This document shows positions 27,776 through 37,474 of a stretch of 60,359 nt of DNA, one piece after another. Each line of letters opens with the position of its first letter. Position 1 is the first letter of the stretch. The notes below the pieces were generated by a model. It had not been told where the DNA came from. It was given only the letters and a program-made list of their open reading frames with translations, and did no database searches. A program made the translations under genes and the position numbers. Origin of the DNA: an uncultured Bacilli bacterium (GTDB taxonomy: Bacteria; Bacillota_I; Bacilli_A; RF39; UBA660); contig CALVRE010000008.1 of assembly GCA_944358455.1 (NCBI GenBank), positions 1 through 60,359 of the forward strand. Reading direction: 5' to 3'.

Positions 27776-29050
27776 ATGATGCTAGGAACCAAGATACCAG
27801 GAATGAAAAAATTAACCAATACCAAAAAAATTGGTATTTATAATAAACCAAAATATGTTTACATACCTCTAATTAGTCAAAATGATACAAATATAACCGT
27901 CATTGCTAAAAAGGGAGATTACGTATATAAAGGAAGTGTGATTGGCAAACGAAAAGGAAACTTACGTATTCCCATTCATTCGAGTGTAAGTGGGACTGTC
28001 GTCGGTTTTGAAGAGCGTCCCTATCTAAATGGTAGTGTCGTAAAATGTGCCAAGATTGAAAACGATTTTAAAGAAAAAGAAGAAGTGAAAAAAGAACCAC
28101 ACAAGACACTCAATCATTATACTAAAAAACAATTTATTAATTTGATAAAAGAGTGTGGAATCGTTGGATTAGGAGGAGCCGGCTTCCCTACTTATGTCAA
28201 GTATGATACGGATAAGCCAATTAAGACACTGCTCATCAATGCAGTCGAATGTGAACCTTATATTACCGCTGATTATGCGTTGATGATGGAAAAATGTGAA
28301 GAAATATTGGAAACAATTGATGCGATACTAGAAATTTGTCATATTGAAGAAGGAATTATTGCGGTCAAAAAGAATAATACTTCGTTAATTAAACTGATCA
28401 ATAGTTTCATCGGAACGTATTTAAAAATTAAATTGGTGGAAGTACCGAATCAATATCCGATGGGATGGGAACGCAATCTAATTAAACAAGTAAAGCATGT
28501 TACGTATCAAAGTCTTCCCATTGAAAAAGGTATCGTCGTCAATAATGTATCGACCATTTATGCGATTTATGAGGCATTAAAATATGAGCGACCTTTAACG
28601 GAACGTGTGGTTACGTTTACTGGCGAAATGTTAAAAGAACCGAAGAATGTGTTGGTGAAACTAGGAACGCCTGCACATGAAGTAATCGAGTCATTAGGAG
28701 GATATAAGCGTAATAAAAATATTCGTTTTGTTGCAGGAGGCCCTATGATGGGAGTGGCAGAGCCGAATGATGATTTGATCGTGACATCGAATTTAAATTG
28801 TGTCTTAGTATTAAAAGAAGGAAAAGAGAGTTTACCAAGTGAATGTTTACGATGTGGGAAATGTGTCAGTGTATGCCCTGCTAAACTATCACCTGTTTTA
28901 ATCAAAGATTATTTAAAAAAACCGGAACGTTTGAAAGAATTAGAACCAAATCGTTGTATCGAGTGTGGACTTTGTACTTATATTTGTCCATCTAAAATAC
29001 TCGTTCGTGAATTTGTAAAAGAAGCAAAAAAGAAAAGTAGGGAGGGATAA
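27776..29050 (+). CDS. rnfC: Rnf complex subunit C
   Basis: IHSSVSG, GIVGLGGAGFPT, NAVECEPYITAD, GGPMMG and two CxxCxxCxxxCP motifs. Confidence 0.95.
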   Translation: MMLGTKIPGMKKLTNTKKIGIYNKPKYVYIPLISQNDTNITVIAKKGDYVYKGSVIGKRKGNLRIPIHSSVSGTVVGFEERPYLNGSVVKCAKIENDFKEKEEVKKEPHKTLNHYTKKQFINLIKECGIVGLGGAGFPTYVKYDTDKPIKTLLINAVECEPYITADYALMMEKCEEILETIDAILEICHIEEGIIAVKKNNTSLIKLINSFIGTYLKIKLVEVPNQYPMGWERNLIKQVKHVTYQSLPIEKGIVVNNVSTIYAIYEALKYERPLTERVVTFTGEMLKEPKNVLVKLGTPAHEVIESLGGYKRNKNIRFVAGGPMMGVAEPNDDLIVTSNLNCVLVLKEGKESLPSECLRCGKCVSVCPAKLSPVLIKDYLKKPERLKELEPNRCIECGLCTYICPSKILVREFVKEAKKKSREG

Positions 29051-29051
29051 G

Positions 29052-30836
29052 ATGAAAGAGTTTCATGTGAGTAAAGGCACCCATATCAGAAGCAATAATA
29101 AAACAAGTCGTATGATGTTTCACTTGTTGATTGCCTTGATCCCAATCATTATTTTTGCTTGGTATAAGAACGGCCTACAACCATTTTTAAATGGGGATGC
29201 AACCTTTTATGGAATGATCTTTCCGTTACTTTTTGTTGGTGTAGCTACCTTGACTACCTTTATCGTGGAATTGTTATATGGTATTCTTTTCAAGAAAAAA
29301 AGAGGAATTGATATCCTAAAGTATCCGATTGAAACCTATAGCTTCTTTCCAGGCTTGTTTTTAGGGTTAATTCTTCCAATCAATACCTCGTTTCCTATTT
29401 TGATATTAGGTGCGATGTTCGCAACGATTGTTGGAAAGTTAGTATTTGGAGGATTTGGACATAATATTTTTAATCCTGCTTTACTAGGAAGATTATTTGT
29501 GATTGCTACCTATGGAATTGTCATTGGAGAAGTGGGGGGTTACTTAAATCCTAGTGAATTAGATGCTGTCACGACAGCGACACCCCTTACCAATGCCTCT
29601 TTAGTAAATGGAATTGGTACTTATCAAACATTAGTAGAACCTTATGGTAGTTTGTGGAACTTTTTCTTTGGAACCATTCCTGGTGCGGTAGGAGAGACAA
29701 GTGCTTTTTTATGTATTCTTGCCTTTCTATATTTGACATTTCAAAAAGTGATCAAATGGAAAATTCCTGTTGTCTATATCTTGACGGTTTTCTTTATGAC
29801 CTTTTTGATTGGAAATTATCACGATTTAGGAATTTGGTATCCACTGTTTGAAATATTATCAGGAGGATTAATGTTTGGAGCGGTCTTTATGGCAACCGAT
29901 CCTGTAACGAGTCCAACTACTCCAGTAGGACAGATATTATATGGTTTATTTTTAGGAATTCTAACGGTTGTATTCCGTTATTTGACACCACTGCCAGAAG
30001 GTGTTTTGACTAGTATTTTAACGATGAACTTATTTGTTTTCATCTTAGATCGTATCGGATCGAAAGCTCGTTTTAACTTTGTAAAGTCGGTGATCCCATT
30101 CTTGATTGCTTGGGTATTGATTTTAGGATTAGGTGTATGGATTGGAAGTTCTCATTCTCTTCCAGAAGAAGGAACAGATCCAAATTATACGATCGAAAGT
30201 AAGCAAGTAGATGGAGATACGGTCACTTATATCGTAACCGAAAAAGGTTACGTAGGACCAATCAGAGCGCAAATTATTTTAGAGCATGGAACGATTCGTT
30301 CTATTGAAGTGTTATCACAAAGTGAATCTTTCTATTCACGAATCGAAAGTGCAGATTATATCGATCGTTTGATCGAAAATCAAAATAATTTAGAAGAGTA
30401 TGATACCGTAAGTGGAGCGACCGTCACTTCGACAGCTCTGAAGAAAATGGTAATCAACACATTAAATGATTATCAAGTAAATGGAAAAGAAGAAGTAGAA
30501 GGAGAGGAAGAGACAGTCGAACCAGATTTCGAAGTGTTAGAAAAAACTTCATCTGGTACGACGACAACTTATATCGTAACCCAAAAGAGTTTTGGTGGAA
30601 AAACGAAAGCAGAAATTGTTTTTGAAGAAGGACAAGTATCTTCGATCGAAATATTAGAAGCACCTGATACTTATCAGAATACGGTAATAGATGCCGGTTA
30701 TTTAGAAGAATTGATCAATGCTTCTGATTTGGACGATGTAGATGCCGTAAGTGGGGCTACCATTACTTCCGGAGCATGGAAGGAAATGCTTGCATCTACG
30801 ATCGAAGATTATGAAGGAGGAGCAGATGAAGAATAA
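29052..30836 (+). CDS. rnfD: RnfD fused to two RnfG-like FMN-binding domains
   Basis: FGGFGHNIFNPA, DAVTTATPL, GETS and FMATDPVTSP, then DTVSGATVTS and DAVSGATITS flavinylation motifs. Confidence 0.9.
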   Translation: MKEFHVSKGTHIRSNNKTSRMMFHLLIALIPIIIFAWYKNGLQPFLNGDATFYGMIFPLLFVGVATLTTFIVELLYGILFKKKRGIDILKYPIETYSFFPGLFLGLILPINTSFPILILGAMFATIVGKLVFGGFGHNIFNPALLGRLFVIATYGIVIGEVGGYLNPSELDAVTTATPLTNASLVNGIGTYQTLVEPYGSLWNFFFGTIPGAVGETSAFLCILAFLYLTFQKVIKWKIPVVYILTVFFMTFLIGNYHDLGIWYPLFEILSGGLMFGAVFMATDPVTSPTTPVGQILYGLFLGILTVVFRYLTPLPEGVLTSILTMNLFVFILDRIGSKARFNFVKSVIPFLIAWVLILGLGVWIGSSHSLPEEGTDPNYTIESKQVDGDTVTYIVTEKGYVGPIRAQIILEHGTIRSIEVLSQSESFYSRIESADYIDRLIENQNNLEEYDTVSGATVTSTALKKMVINTLNDYQVNGKEEVEGEEETVEPDFEVLEKTSSGTTTTYIVTQKSFGGKTKAEIVFEEGQVSSIEILEAPDTYQNTVIDAGYLEELINASDLDDVDAVSGATITSGAWKEMLASTIEDYEGGADEE

Positions 30837-30921
30837 GAAGTTACAAGGTATTCTTGTATTAACCCTTACCGCATTTATCTGCTCTTTTCTTATTTATTTT
30901 GTTCGTGTGATAACTGGTTAG
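30826..30921 (+). CDS. 31-aa single-TM peptide resembling an RnfG N-terminal anchor
   Basis: Not in the track. RBS GGAGG at 30816-30820; MKNKKLQGILVLTLTAFICSFLIYFVRVITG*. It fills the gap between rnfD and rnfE, and its stop overlaps the rnfE RBS. Confidence 0.7.
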   Translation: MKNKKLQGILVLTLTAFICSFLIYFVRVITG

Positions 30922-30929
30922 GAGGAAAA

Positions 30930-31562
30930 ATGAAAACAATTATCAATGGTATTACAAAAGAAAATGCGATTTTTGTATTGATGTTAGGTTTATGTTCCGC
31001 TTTAGCAGTAACAACCACTTTTGAAAGTGCTTATGTAATGGGAATCTGTGTGTTAATCGTCCTTTTAGGTTCTTCTTTTCTAATTTCTTTATTATCAAAA
31101 TGGATTCCCGATCATGTTCAAATCCCAGTATATATTTTAATCATAGGAACATTTGTGACGATTCTCGAGATTTTTCTTGAGTCCTATGTTCCTAAACTAC
31201 ACGATGTCTTAGGTATTTATTTACCATTAATCGTCGTTAACTGTATTGTTTTAGGAAGAAGTTTGTCCGTTTACTCCAAAGAAACGTTAGGAAAAAGTTT
31301 ACTGGATGCTTTGGGTATCGGGCTTGGATATCTATTTGCTCTCATGGTGATTGCTTTTTTCAGAGAAATATTGGGGACGAATACATTAACGCTTATGGAT
31401 CATATTTCTTCTTTGACAGGATATCGTGCAGTTTATCATATTCCAAATAATAGTATCTTACCAATTTCGATATTGAAAGAACCTGCTGGTGCCTTTCTAA
31501 CTTTAGGTTTACTTATGGGTTTTTTCAATTTACTTCGAGCACATAAGAAAGGACGTGTTTAA
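30930..31562 (+). CDS. rnfE: Rnf complex subunit E
   Basis: LGLCSALAVT, LPLIVVNCIVLGR, REILG and PAGAF motifs. Confidence 0.93.
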   Translation: MKTIINGITKENAIFVLMLGLCSALAVTTTFESAYVMGICVLIVLLGSSFLISLLSKWIPDHVQIPVYILIIGTFVTILEIFLESYVPKLHDVLGIYLPLIVVNCIVLGRSLSVYSKETLGKSLLDALGIGLGYLFALMVIAFFREILGTNTLTLMDHISSLTGYRAVYHIPNNSILPISILKEPAGAFLTLGLLMGFFNLLRAHKKGRV

Positions 31563-32132
31563 ATGAGTTTAGCGAGTCTTTTCGTGATGAGTGCTTTGAC
31601 TAGTAATATTGTCTTGACAAAATTTCTAGGTATTTGTCCTTTGATGGGAACGAGTGGTTCAACCAAGAAAGCATTTGGTATGGGAGTATCCGTAACGTTA
31701 GTTGTTACATTATCGAGTATCATTACTTACTTTCTTTATCATTATGTATTAGTACCAAGTAATAGTACTTATTTAGAAACATTGGTATTCATTTTAGTGA
31801 TTGCTTGTTTCGTGCAGATTTTAAAACTTTGTGTCAAACGTTTCTTTCCTAGTCTCCATAAATCATTAGGTATTTATCTACCTCTTATTACTACTAATTG
31901 CGCAGTATTGGGAATCATGTTACTCAATATTTCCAATGAGTATACCTTACTAGAGACGATTGTCTCTAGTATTGGAAGTAGTGTTGGCTTTACGCTTGTA
32001 ATCTATGTATTTTCCAGTATTCGTGAATATTTGGATACAAGAAAAGTTCCTAATTGTATGAAAGGATACCCGATTGCTTTTATTGTAGCTGCCATTATGG
32101 CTCTATTATTTGCTAGGTATGTGGGAATATGA
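31563..32132 (+). CDS. rnfA: Rnf complex subunit A
   Basis: NIVLTKFLGICP and LGIYLPLITTNCAVLG motifs. Confidence 0.93.
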   Translation: MSLASLFVMSALTSNIVLTKFLGICPLMGTSGSTKKAFGMGVSVTLVVTLSSIITYFLYHYVLVPSNSTYLETLVFILVIACFVQILKLCVKRFFPSLHKSLGIYLPLITTNCAVLGIMLLNISNEYTLLETIVSSIGSSVGFTLVIYVFSSIREYLDTRKVPNCMKGYPIAFIVAAIMALLFARYVGI

Positions 32133-32235
32133 TAGGTTTTTTACTATTGATAGGTTTATTTGTGTTACTGATCTTGTTATCCAGAAAAACGTCATCACAT
32201 TGTCATGACTGTCCAATGAATCGGAGGTGTCATAA

Positions 32236-32511
32236 ATGAATGGAGTATGGATTGTGACGGGAATTGCTTTTGCTTTCAGTGTTCTACTAACTATTTTAAC
32301 CACTCTTTTTAGTAAAAAAGAAATAGAGGAAGAAGATATCATCAAGCATCTTCCTGGCTATAATTGTGGCGTTTGTGGATTTGGAAGCTGTTCTGGTATG
32401 GCGAAAGCAATTTTAGAGGATCCTAGGAATTATGAAAAATGTAGACCGATGAGGAAGAAAGAAAAGGAAGCTTTTCAAAAATATTTGGAAGAAAAAGGAT
32501 TATGGAAATAG
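32236..32511 (+). CDS. rnfB: Short RnfB-like protein (TM plus one Fe-S domain)
   Basis: LPGYNCGVCGFGSC...C motif. Lacks C-terminal ferredoxin domains. Confidence 0.75.
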   Translation: MNGVWIVTGIAFAFSVLLTILTTLFSKKEIEEEDIIKHLPGYNCGVCGFGSCSGMAKAILEDPRNYEKCRPMRKKEKEAFQKYLEEKGLWK

Positions 32512-32522
32512 AGGTGTAAAAA

Positions 32523-33032
32523 ATGTTAGAATTAGCAAAATTAGACGATCTTGATGAAATTATGATCGATATTGATGAGGTTAAAAAATTGTTTCAAGCT
32601 AGGGGGCTTAGAACTTGGCCAGAAAATTACCCTAGCATTGAAATGGTAATGCGTGATATTCAAGAAGAACGTATTTATATATGGAGAGAAAATAATCGCA
32701 TTGTAGGTTCTTTTATGTTTGCCACAAACACTAACGATCCACACTATTACGAAGTAGATTTTCATTATACGGATGATCCTAATTATGGACTTATTCATCG
32801 TATGAATGTAATACCTGAATATCAAAAAAGGAGAATTGAATATGACATGTTAGAAGGTATTGAAAAAGTGGCCATTGATAGACATATTAGTTATCTTAGA
32901 ACAGCGATCACGAGTGATAATAAAATGATGTCTAAAATATTAGAAAATTTAGGTTATCAAAAAACGGGAGAAGTTTCTAGTATCGATAATATAATACGTT
33001 GTGGATATGAAAAAAAGCTTGTCAGAGAATGA
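32523..33032 (+). CDS. GNAT family N-acetyltransferase
   Basis: IHRMNVIPEYQKR and N..M..ILENLGY..GE motifs. Confidence 0.8.
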   Translation: MLELAKLDDLDEIMIDIDEVKKLFQARGLRTWPENYPSIEMVMRDIQEERIYIWRENNRIVGSFMFATNTNDPHYYEVDFHYTDDPNYGLIHRMNVIPEYQKRRIEYDMLEGIEKVAIDRHISYLRTAITSDNKMMSKILENLGYQKTGEVSSIDNIIRCGYEKKLVRE

Positions 33033-33070
33033 AAGGTTTGCTATAATCAAAATGTAAAGAAATAGTAATA

Positions 33071-33158
33071 TAGTGTGCGAAGGCAAGAAAAATAAAGGGA
33101 AAATTTGGTTGCGATACGCACACTGGGGGGGGGGTATTATATACCTCTCTTTTTTTTT
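33071..33158 (+). repeat. Dispersed G10/hairpin/U-run element, copy 2
   Basis: AGTGTGCG (33072-33079) pairs perfectly with CGCACACT (33117-33124), followed by G10-TATTATATACCTCTC and a T run. Confidence 0.65.
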
Positions 33159-33191
33159 GATGAAGAAAAGTAAAAATAGGAGTGAAAAAAC

Positions 33192-34076
33192 ATGAATCCA
33201 GAACAAAATCATTTTAATAATTCTAATCAAGTAGGGAATACCAATATTCCAAACAATCAAGTATTGACCAACAATAGAAATTTAAATAATTCGATCAATC
33301 AAAATGAGATGAATCCATCTTTCGCATCTGATTCAATGCTTACACCAACAGATGGAGGAAACACGGATTCTGCATTAGAAAATCATATGATAAATAACTC
33401 ATCAAGTTCTAATTTGACGAATCAATCTAATCGGTTTATTCCATCATCGATGAACGAATCAGAAATCGATCATCAAGCAGCGTTAAATTGGGAAAATGTT
33501 TCAATGCCAAAGAATTTTTCATCATTTGGAAATATTCCACCATCGACGAATGAACAAAAAAGGGATGTTCATATAAATAATCAACCTAATCCAGTTCCTA
33601 ATGTTGATTTAATGACATCGCCAAATAGAGAGGGAGACTTTGAAAGACAATCAGGTAATGTGATCAATGATCAAGAACTTTTAAAAGCATTTATTGGATT
33701 TAACTATGAAAAGATTACGACAAGAGCTTTTAATTGGAGTGGTTTTTTCTTTACGTATAGTTATGTTTTATACCGTAAAATGTTTCTATATTGGCTTTTG
33801 TTACAACTTTTCGATCTGATCTTATTGAATAATATTATAGCAACGTTGATTATTGGTGTCATTTTTGGATTTGCCGTTAACCCAGTCTATCTTGCTTTTG
33901 CCAAGCGAAAAATTAAGGAAATAAAAGCAAAGAATCCAAATAAAAGCATGGGAGAATTAAAAACGATATGTGCTATCAAAGGTGGAACAAGTATAGGAGT
34001 GGTTCTTTTACTTATCATTTCACGAGTCTTCATTATAATTGGCATCCTATACATTATGGCATCGGCATTAACGTAA
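33192..34076 (+). CDS. Membrane protein with an Asn-rich disordered N-terminus and a DUF2628-like domain
   Basis: FNWSGFFF....LYRKM and N..Y...GGTS motifs. Confidence 0.7.
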   Translation: MNPEQNHFNNSNQVGNTNIPNNQVLTNNRNLNNSINQNEMNPSFASDSMLTPTDGGNTDSALENHMINNSSSSNLTNQSNRFIPSSMNESEIDHQAALNWENVSMPKNFSSFGNIPPSTNEQKRDVHINNQPNPVPNVDLMTSPNREGDFERQSGNVINDQELLKAFIGFNYEKITTRAFNWSGFFFTYSYVLYRKMFLYWLLLQLFDLILLNNIIATLIIGVIFGFAVNPVYLAFAKRKIKEIKAKNPNKSMGELKTICAIKGGTSIGVVLLLIISRVFIIIGILYIMASALT

Positions 34077-34151
34077 ATATCATCATTCAAATTAACGAAT
34101 ATTGAATAATAATAAAAAAATTGTGTTTTGACACAATTTTTTTGATACCAA

Positions 34152-34334
34152 CTATGCTTCGATCTTATTAACTTTGTTTAATGTTCTAAGTTCTCTAGCA
34201 CTGATTCTAACTTGTTTTCCATTATCTAATGTGATTTTTTGTAAATTTGGTTTTTGAGCATGTCTTGTAGCGTTGCAAGCATGACTTCTTCTATTTCCAA
34301 ATAATGGAGTTTTGTTTGTTACTTTTTTTGCCAT
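34152..34334 (-). CDS. rpmB: 50S ribosomal protein L28
   Basis: GNRRSHA.NAT....PNLQK...ISARELRT. Confidence 0.93.
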   Translation of the reverse strand: MAKKVTNKTPLFGNRRSHACNATRHAQKPNLQKITLDNGKQVRISARELRTLNKVNKIEA

Positions 34335-34410
34335 ATTGTGTTTCCTCCTTTAAGATTTCGTTTTTTTCTTTGCCTTTTAACTTTATCATATTCTCGTTTG
34401 TAAGTCAATA

Positions 34411-35277
34411 TTAATCATATAATTCATTTTTAAGTAATTCAATGTTATTGTTCATGAGTGAGAGGTAATCTTGATTGCTATTTCTTTCTTCATCTGTCAA
34501 ATTGGAAAGAGAGTGAAGGGTAATAAGTTCTACATCTGTTTTTTCTTGAATTTCTTTTATTGTATCATTTATTTCTTCGTTTTGGAGAGTAAAGATATAA
34601 CTATTTTCACCACTATTGATAAGTGCCGTAACATCAGCAATTTTCTTTTCTGTTAAATCTTCATTCTCTTCAAGAGAAATAACGGAAAAACCATATTTTT
34701 CTAAGAATTTGAAAACATCGTTCGATACGATCAACGTTTTATTATCGCTACTATCCATCATCAATTTTATTTTAGCGTCGAGATTCGATACTTCGATTTT
34801 TAACTGTTCGTATTGCTCTTCAATATCGTTTTTTAAATAATGATTATTGATATATTCTTCTAGACCATCACGAACATTTTGAGCCAACATTAGAAAGTTC
34901 GATGGATCTAACCATAATTCTTCGATGCCATAACTATATTCCATAGTAAGTGATGTATCGATAATACGAAGATTTTTATTATGATTGAACATGGGAATGA
35001 CATAGTCTTTTTCCGAACTTAATCCATTAAATACAAATAAGCTAGCCTTACTGTAGTCTAAGATCTGTTTATCTGTGAGGGTATAATCATTGATATTGAC
35101 ACCATCTGGATAAATGCTATAGACAGTACTATGAGTACCATACAAGCGTTCGACGATATATTCGATTGGATAAGCCGTCGCATAAATATCAATATCCTCT
35201 AAATTATCTCTTTTAAAACATCCAGTCGCATAAAAAGAAAGGATCATCATCATTAATAATATCGTTATTTTTTTCAT
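34411..35277 (-). CDS. ZnuA/AdcA-like solute-binding lipoprotein lacking the His ligands
   Basis: Lipobox ATGC; YATAYPIEY, FVFNG, WLDP and DYLSLM..N..L. No permease or ATPase gene adjacent. Confidence 0.8.
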   Translation of the reverse strand: MKKITILLMMMILSFYATGCFKRDNLEDIDIYATAYPIEYIVERLYGTHSTVYSIYPDGVNINDYTLTDKQILDYSKASLFVFNGLSSEKDYVIPMFNHNKNLRIIDTSLTMEYSYGIEELWLDPSNFLMLAQNVRDGLEEYINNHYLKNDIEEQYEQLKIEVSNLDAKIKLMMDSSDNKTLIVSNDVFKFLEKYGFSVISLEENEDLTEKKIADVTALINSGENSYIFTLQNEEINDTIKEIQEKTDVELITLHSLSNLTDEERNSNQDYLSLMNNNIELLKNELYD

Positions 35278-35498
35278 TTTTTTTCTCCTTTTTTTGGTAC
35301 GGGATCATATCCATAAGTTCCCCATGGATTACATTTTAAAATACGTTTGATTGCTAAGAAAGAACCCTTCAAACTGCCATATTCCTCGATTGCTTCAATG
35401 GCATAGTTGGAACAAGTCGGAATGTGTCTACAAGCTGAATGCCATGGTCCCGGAATTTTTTGATATAACTTGATACCTTTTATTAATATCTGTTTCAT
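35274..35498 (-). CDS. yidD: Membrane protein insertion efficiency factor
   Basis: CRHIPTCSNYA...RILKCNPWG..GYDPVP. Confidence 0.93.
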   Translation of the reverse strand: MKQILIKGIKLYQKIPGPWHSACRHIPTCSNYAIEAIEEYGSLKGSFLAIKRILKCNPWGTYGYDPVPKKGEKK

Positions 35499-35588
35499 GA
35501 TTCTATTATACTAGAAGAGGTGATAAAAGTAAAGAAAGAGAAAATTGAAAAGATAGGATAACCATGTTATAATGAAACTGTGATGTGT

Positions 35589-36674
35589 ATGTGGAAGTTA
35601 AAAGAAATAGGGAAAACGGTTATTTTTTTTGGGAATGATTATTCTATTATGTTTTATCGCAAGCTTTATAAAAGTATGTTCTCATGAATTACCATGGAGC
35701 CATTTATTGGAAGAAACAGGGCTATACTTTCTTTATACGATAGGATATGGTTCTTTGGAACAGGATACTGTACTTCAACAAGTATTCGCCATGATTGGCA
35801 TCATTTCTTTAAGTTTAATGGGAACTTTTTTAACGATTAATTTGTTTTGGCGTATCGATGATGTCAAAATACGACCTACCATCGAGTGGAAAAAAGAAAA
35901 AGAGCATTCTTATTTAACGTTTGAAATTCAAAATAAAGGAAGAAGTATTTGTGATTTAAAAGCAACGCTTATGACTTATGATGCTAGTGGTAATTTAATC
36001 GCTCAGAATTTAGAAGAATATACGTATCCTCTGTTAGTACATGGTGCCAAATGGATAATGACGATGAATTTAAAAGAAACGTTTTGGTATCAAACGTTAA
36101 AAACGATGTTAGAAAATGATCAAGTTTCTCTTTATATGACGTTTTCTTTAGTCGATGTTAAAACAGGACAAAGTAGTATCAAAGTCGTCTCTTGGAAAGC
36201 GAAAGACCTCGTTTCTGATGAATTAGAAACATTAACTTTAAATATCAAAAATCCGATTATCCATTTACCACTTGAAAAGCTACAAGTAGTTGGTTACCAA
36301 AGTGTCGTACAAAAGTTAGATGATGCCGGAATGTCTTATGAATTTAGTAAGAAAAAAGATAGTTTTGCCATGCTTTATTTTTCTTATCATGACGAGAAGG
36401 AAAATTGGAATCGCTATGACGCTAATAAGACGAATTTTTGTTTTGAAATTGATAGTATGAAAGAAGCAATTGTTACCATCGAATTAAAAGGAAATGGAAC
36501 GATTTTAAAAAAGAATATCAGCTAAAACCAAACGATAATTTCTTTTCCTTATCTTTGTCTTTGGTGACGAGTACATTACTAGATAGTCTCGAAGAAGTTT
36601 GTTTTACTTTTTTTGCTTCCGAAAAGGGAAAAAATGAAATTCATATCAAAAAAGCTTATTTAGAACAATTTTAA
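35589..36674 (+). pseudogene. KirBac-like 2-TM potassium channel gene with two homopolymer frameshifts
   Basis: TM - GLYFLYTIGYG - TM - LTFEIQNKG. ATG 35589 joins the main ORF if T8 (35623-35630) loses one T. The C-terminus extends to TAA 36674 if A6 (36507-36512) gains one A. Confidence 0.55.
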
Positions 36675-36731
36675 ACAATTCTATTATTGGCAAGAAGAAA
36701 GAAATCATGTTATAATCAGAAAGGTGAGAAT

Positions 36732-37424
36732 ATGAAATTGTTAGAAGATTTACAAATAGAGACGAAACAAGAAAAACTCTATCAGACGGCTTTAACACAT
36801 ACGAGTTATGCGAATGAAGAGAATGTGACAAGTTATGAACGGTTAGAATATTTAGGAGATGCGGTTCTAGAGTTGATTATGACGGAATATCTTTATAAAA
36901 ATACGGAATTAGCAGAAGGAGAAATGACGAAAACGCGTGCTCACTATGTGTGTGAAGAAGCCCTTTATGAGTATTCTCAGTATTTGCACTTAAATGATTA
37001 TGTACGTTTAGGTAAAGGAGAAGCTGAAAATGGTGGAAAGTATCGAAAAGCGATTGTTGCCGATATTTTCGAGTCTTTCCTAGGCGCTATGTATCTTGAT
37101 AAAGGAATGGATGAAGTGAAAAGATTTTTCTACAAGCATATTATTCCTCTGATTGAGAATCATCAATTGGATTATATTCGTGATTATAAATCGGTGTTAC
37201 AAGAACTTGTTCAGACAGATAAACGTAGTTTAGAATATGTTTTATTAGAGGAAGAGGGACCTGCTCATAATAAAACGTTTACCGTTATTGTCAAAATCGA
37301 TGATATTATTTATGGCAAGGGAATTGCCCATAGTAAAAAAGAGGCAGAACAAGAGGCTGCCAAAGATGCACTTAAAAAAAGTGTGAGCGGAAGCTTTGAA
37401 AGTGTCGAAAAAGACTTGAAATAG
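36732..37424 (+). CDS. rnc: Ribonuclease III
   Basis: ERLEYLGDAVL, ADIFESFLGA and dsRBD (DYKSVLQE...SKKEAEQ). RBS precedes ATG 36732. Confidence 0.97.
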   Translation: MKLLEDLQIETKQEKLYQTALTHTSYANEENVTSYERLEYLGDAVLELIMTEYLYKNTELAEGEMTKTRAHYVCEEALYEYSQYLHLNDYVRLGKGEAENGGKYRKAIVADIFESFLGAMYLDKGMDEVKRFFYKHIIPLIENHQLDYIRDYKSVLQELVQTDKRSLEYVLLEEEGPAHNKTFTVIVKIDDIIYGKGIAHSKKEAEQEAAKDALKKSVSGSFESVEKDLK

Positions 37425-37474
37425 ATAGGAAAATACAGTAAAATAGGATAGTCAGAAAAGAAAGAGATGAAAAA

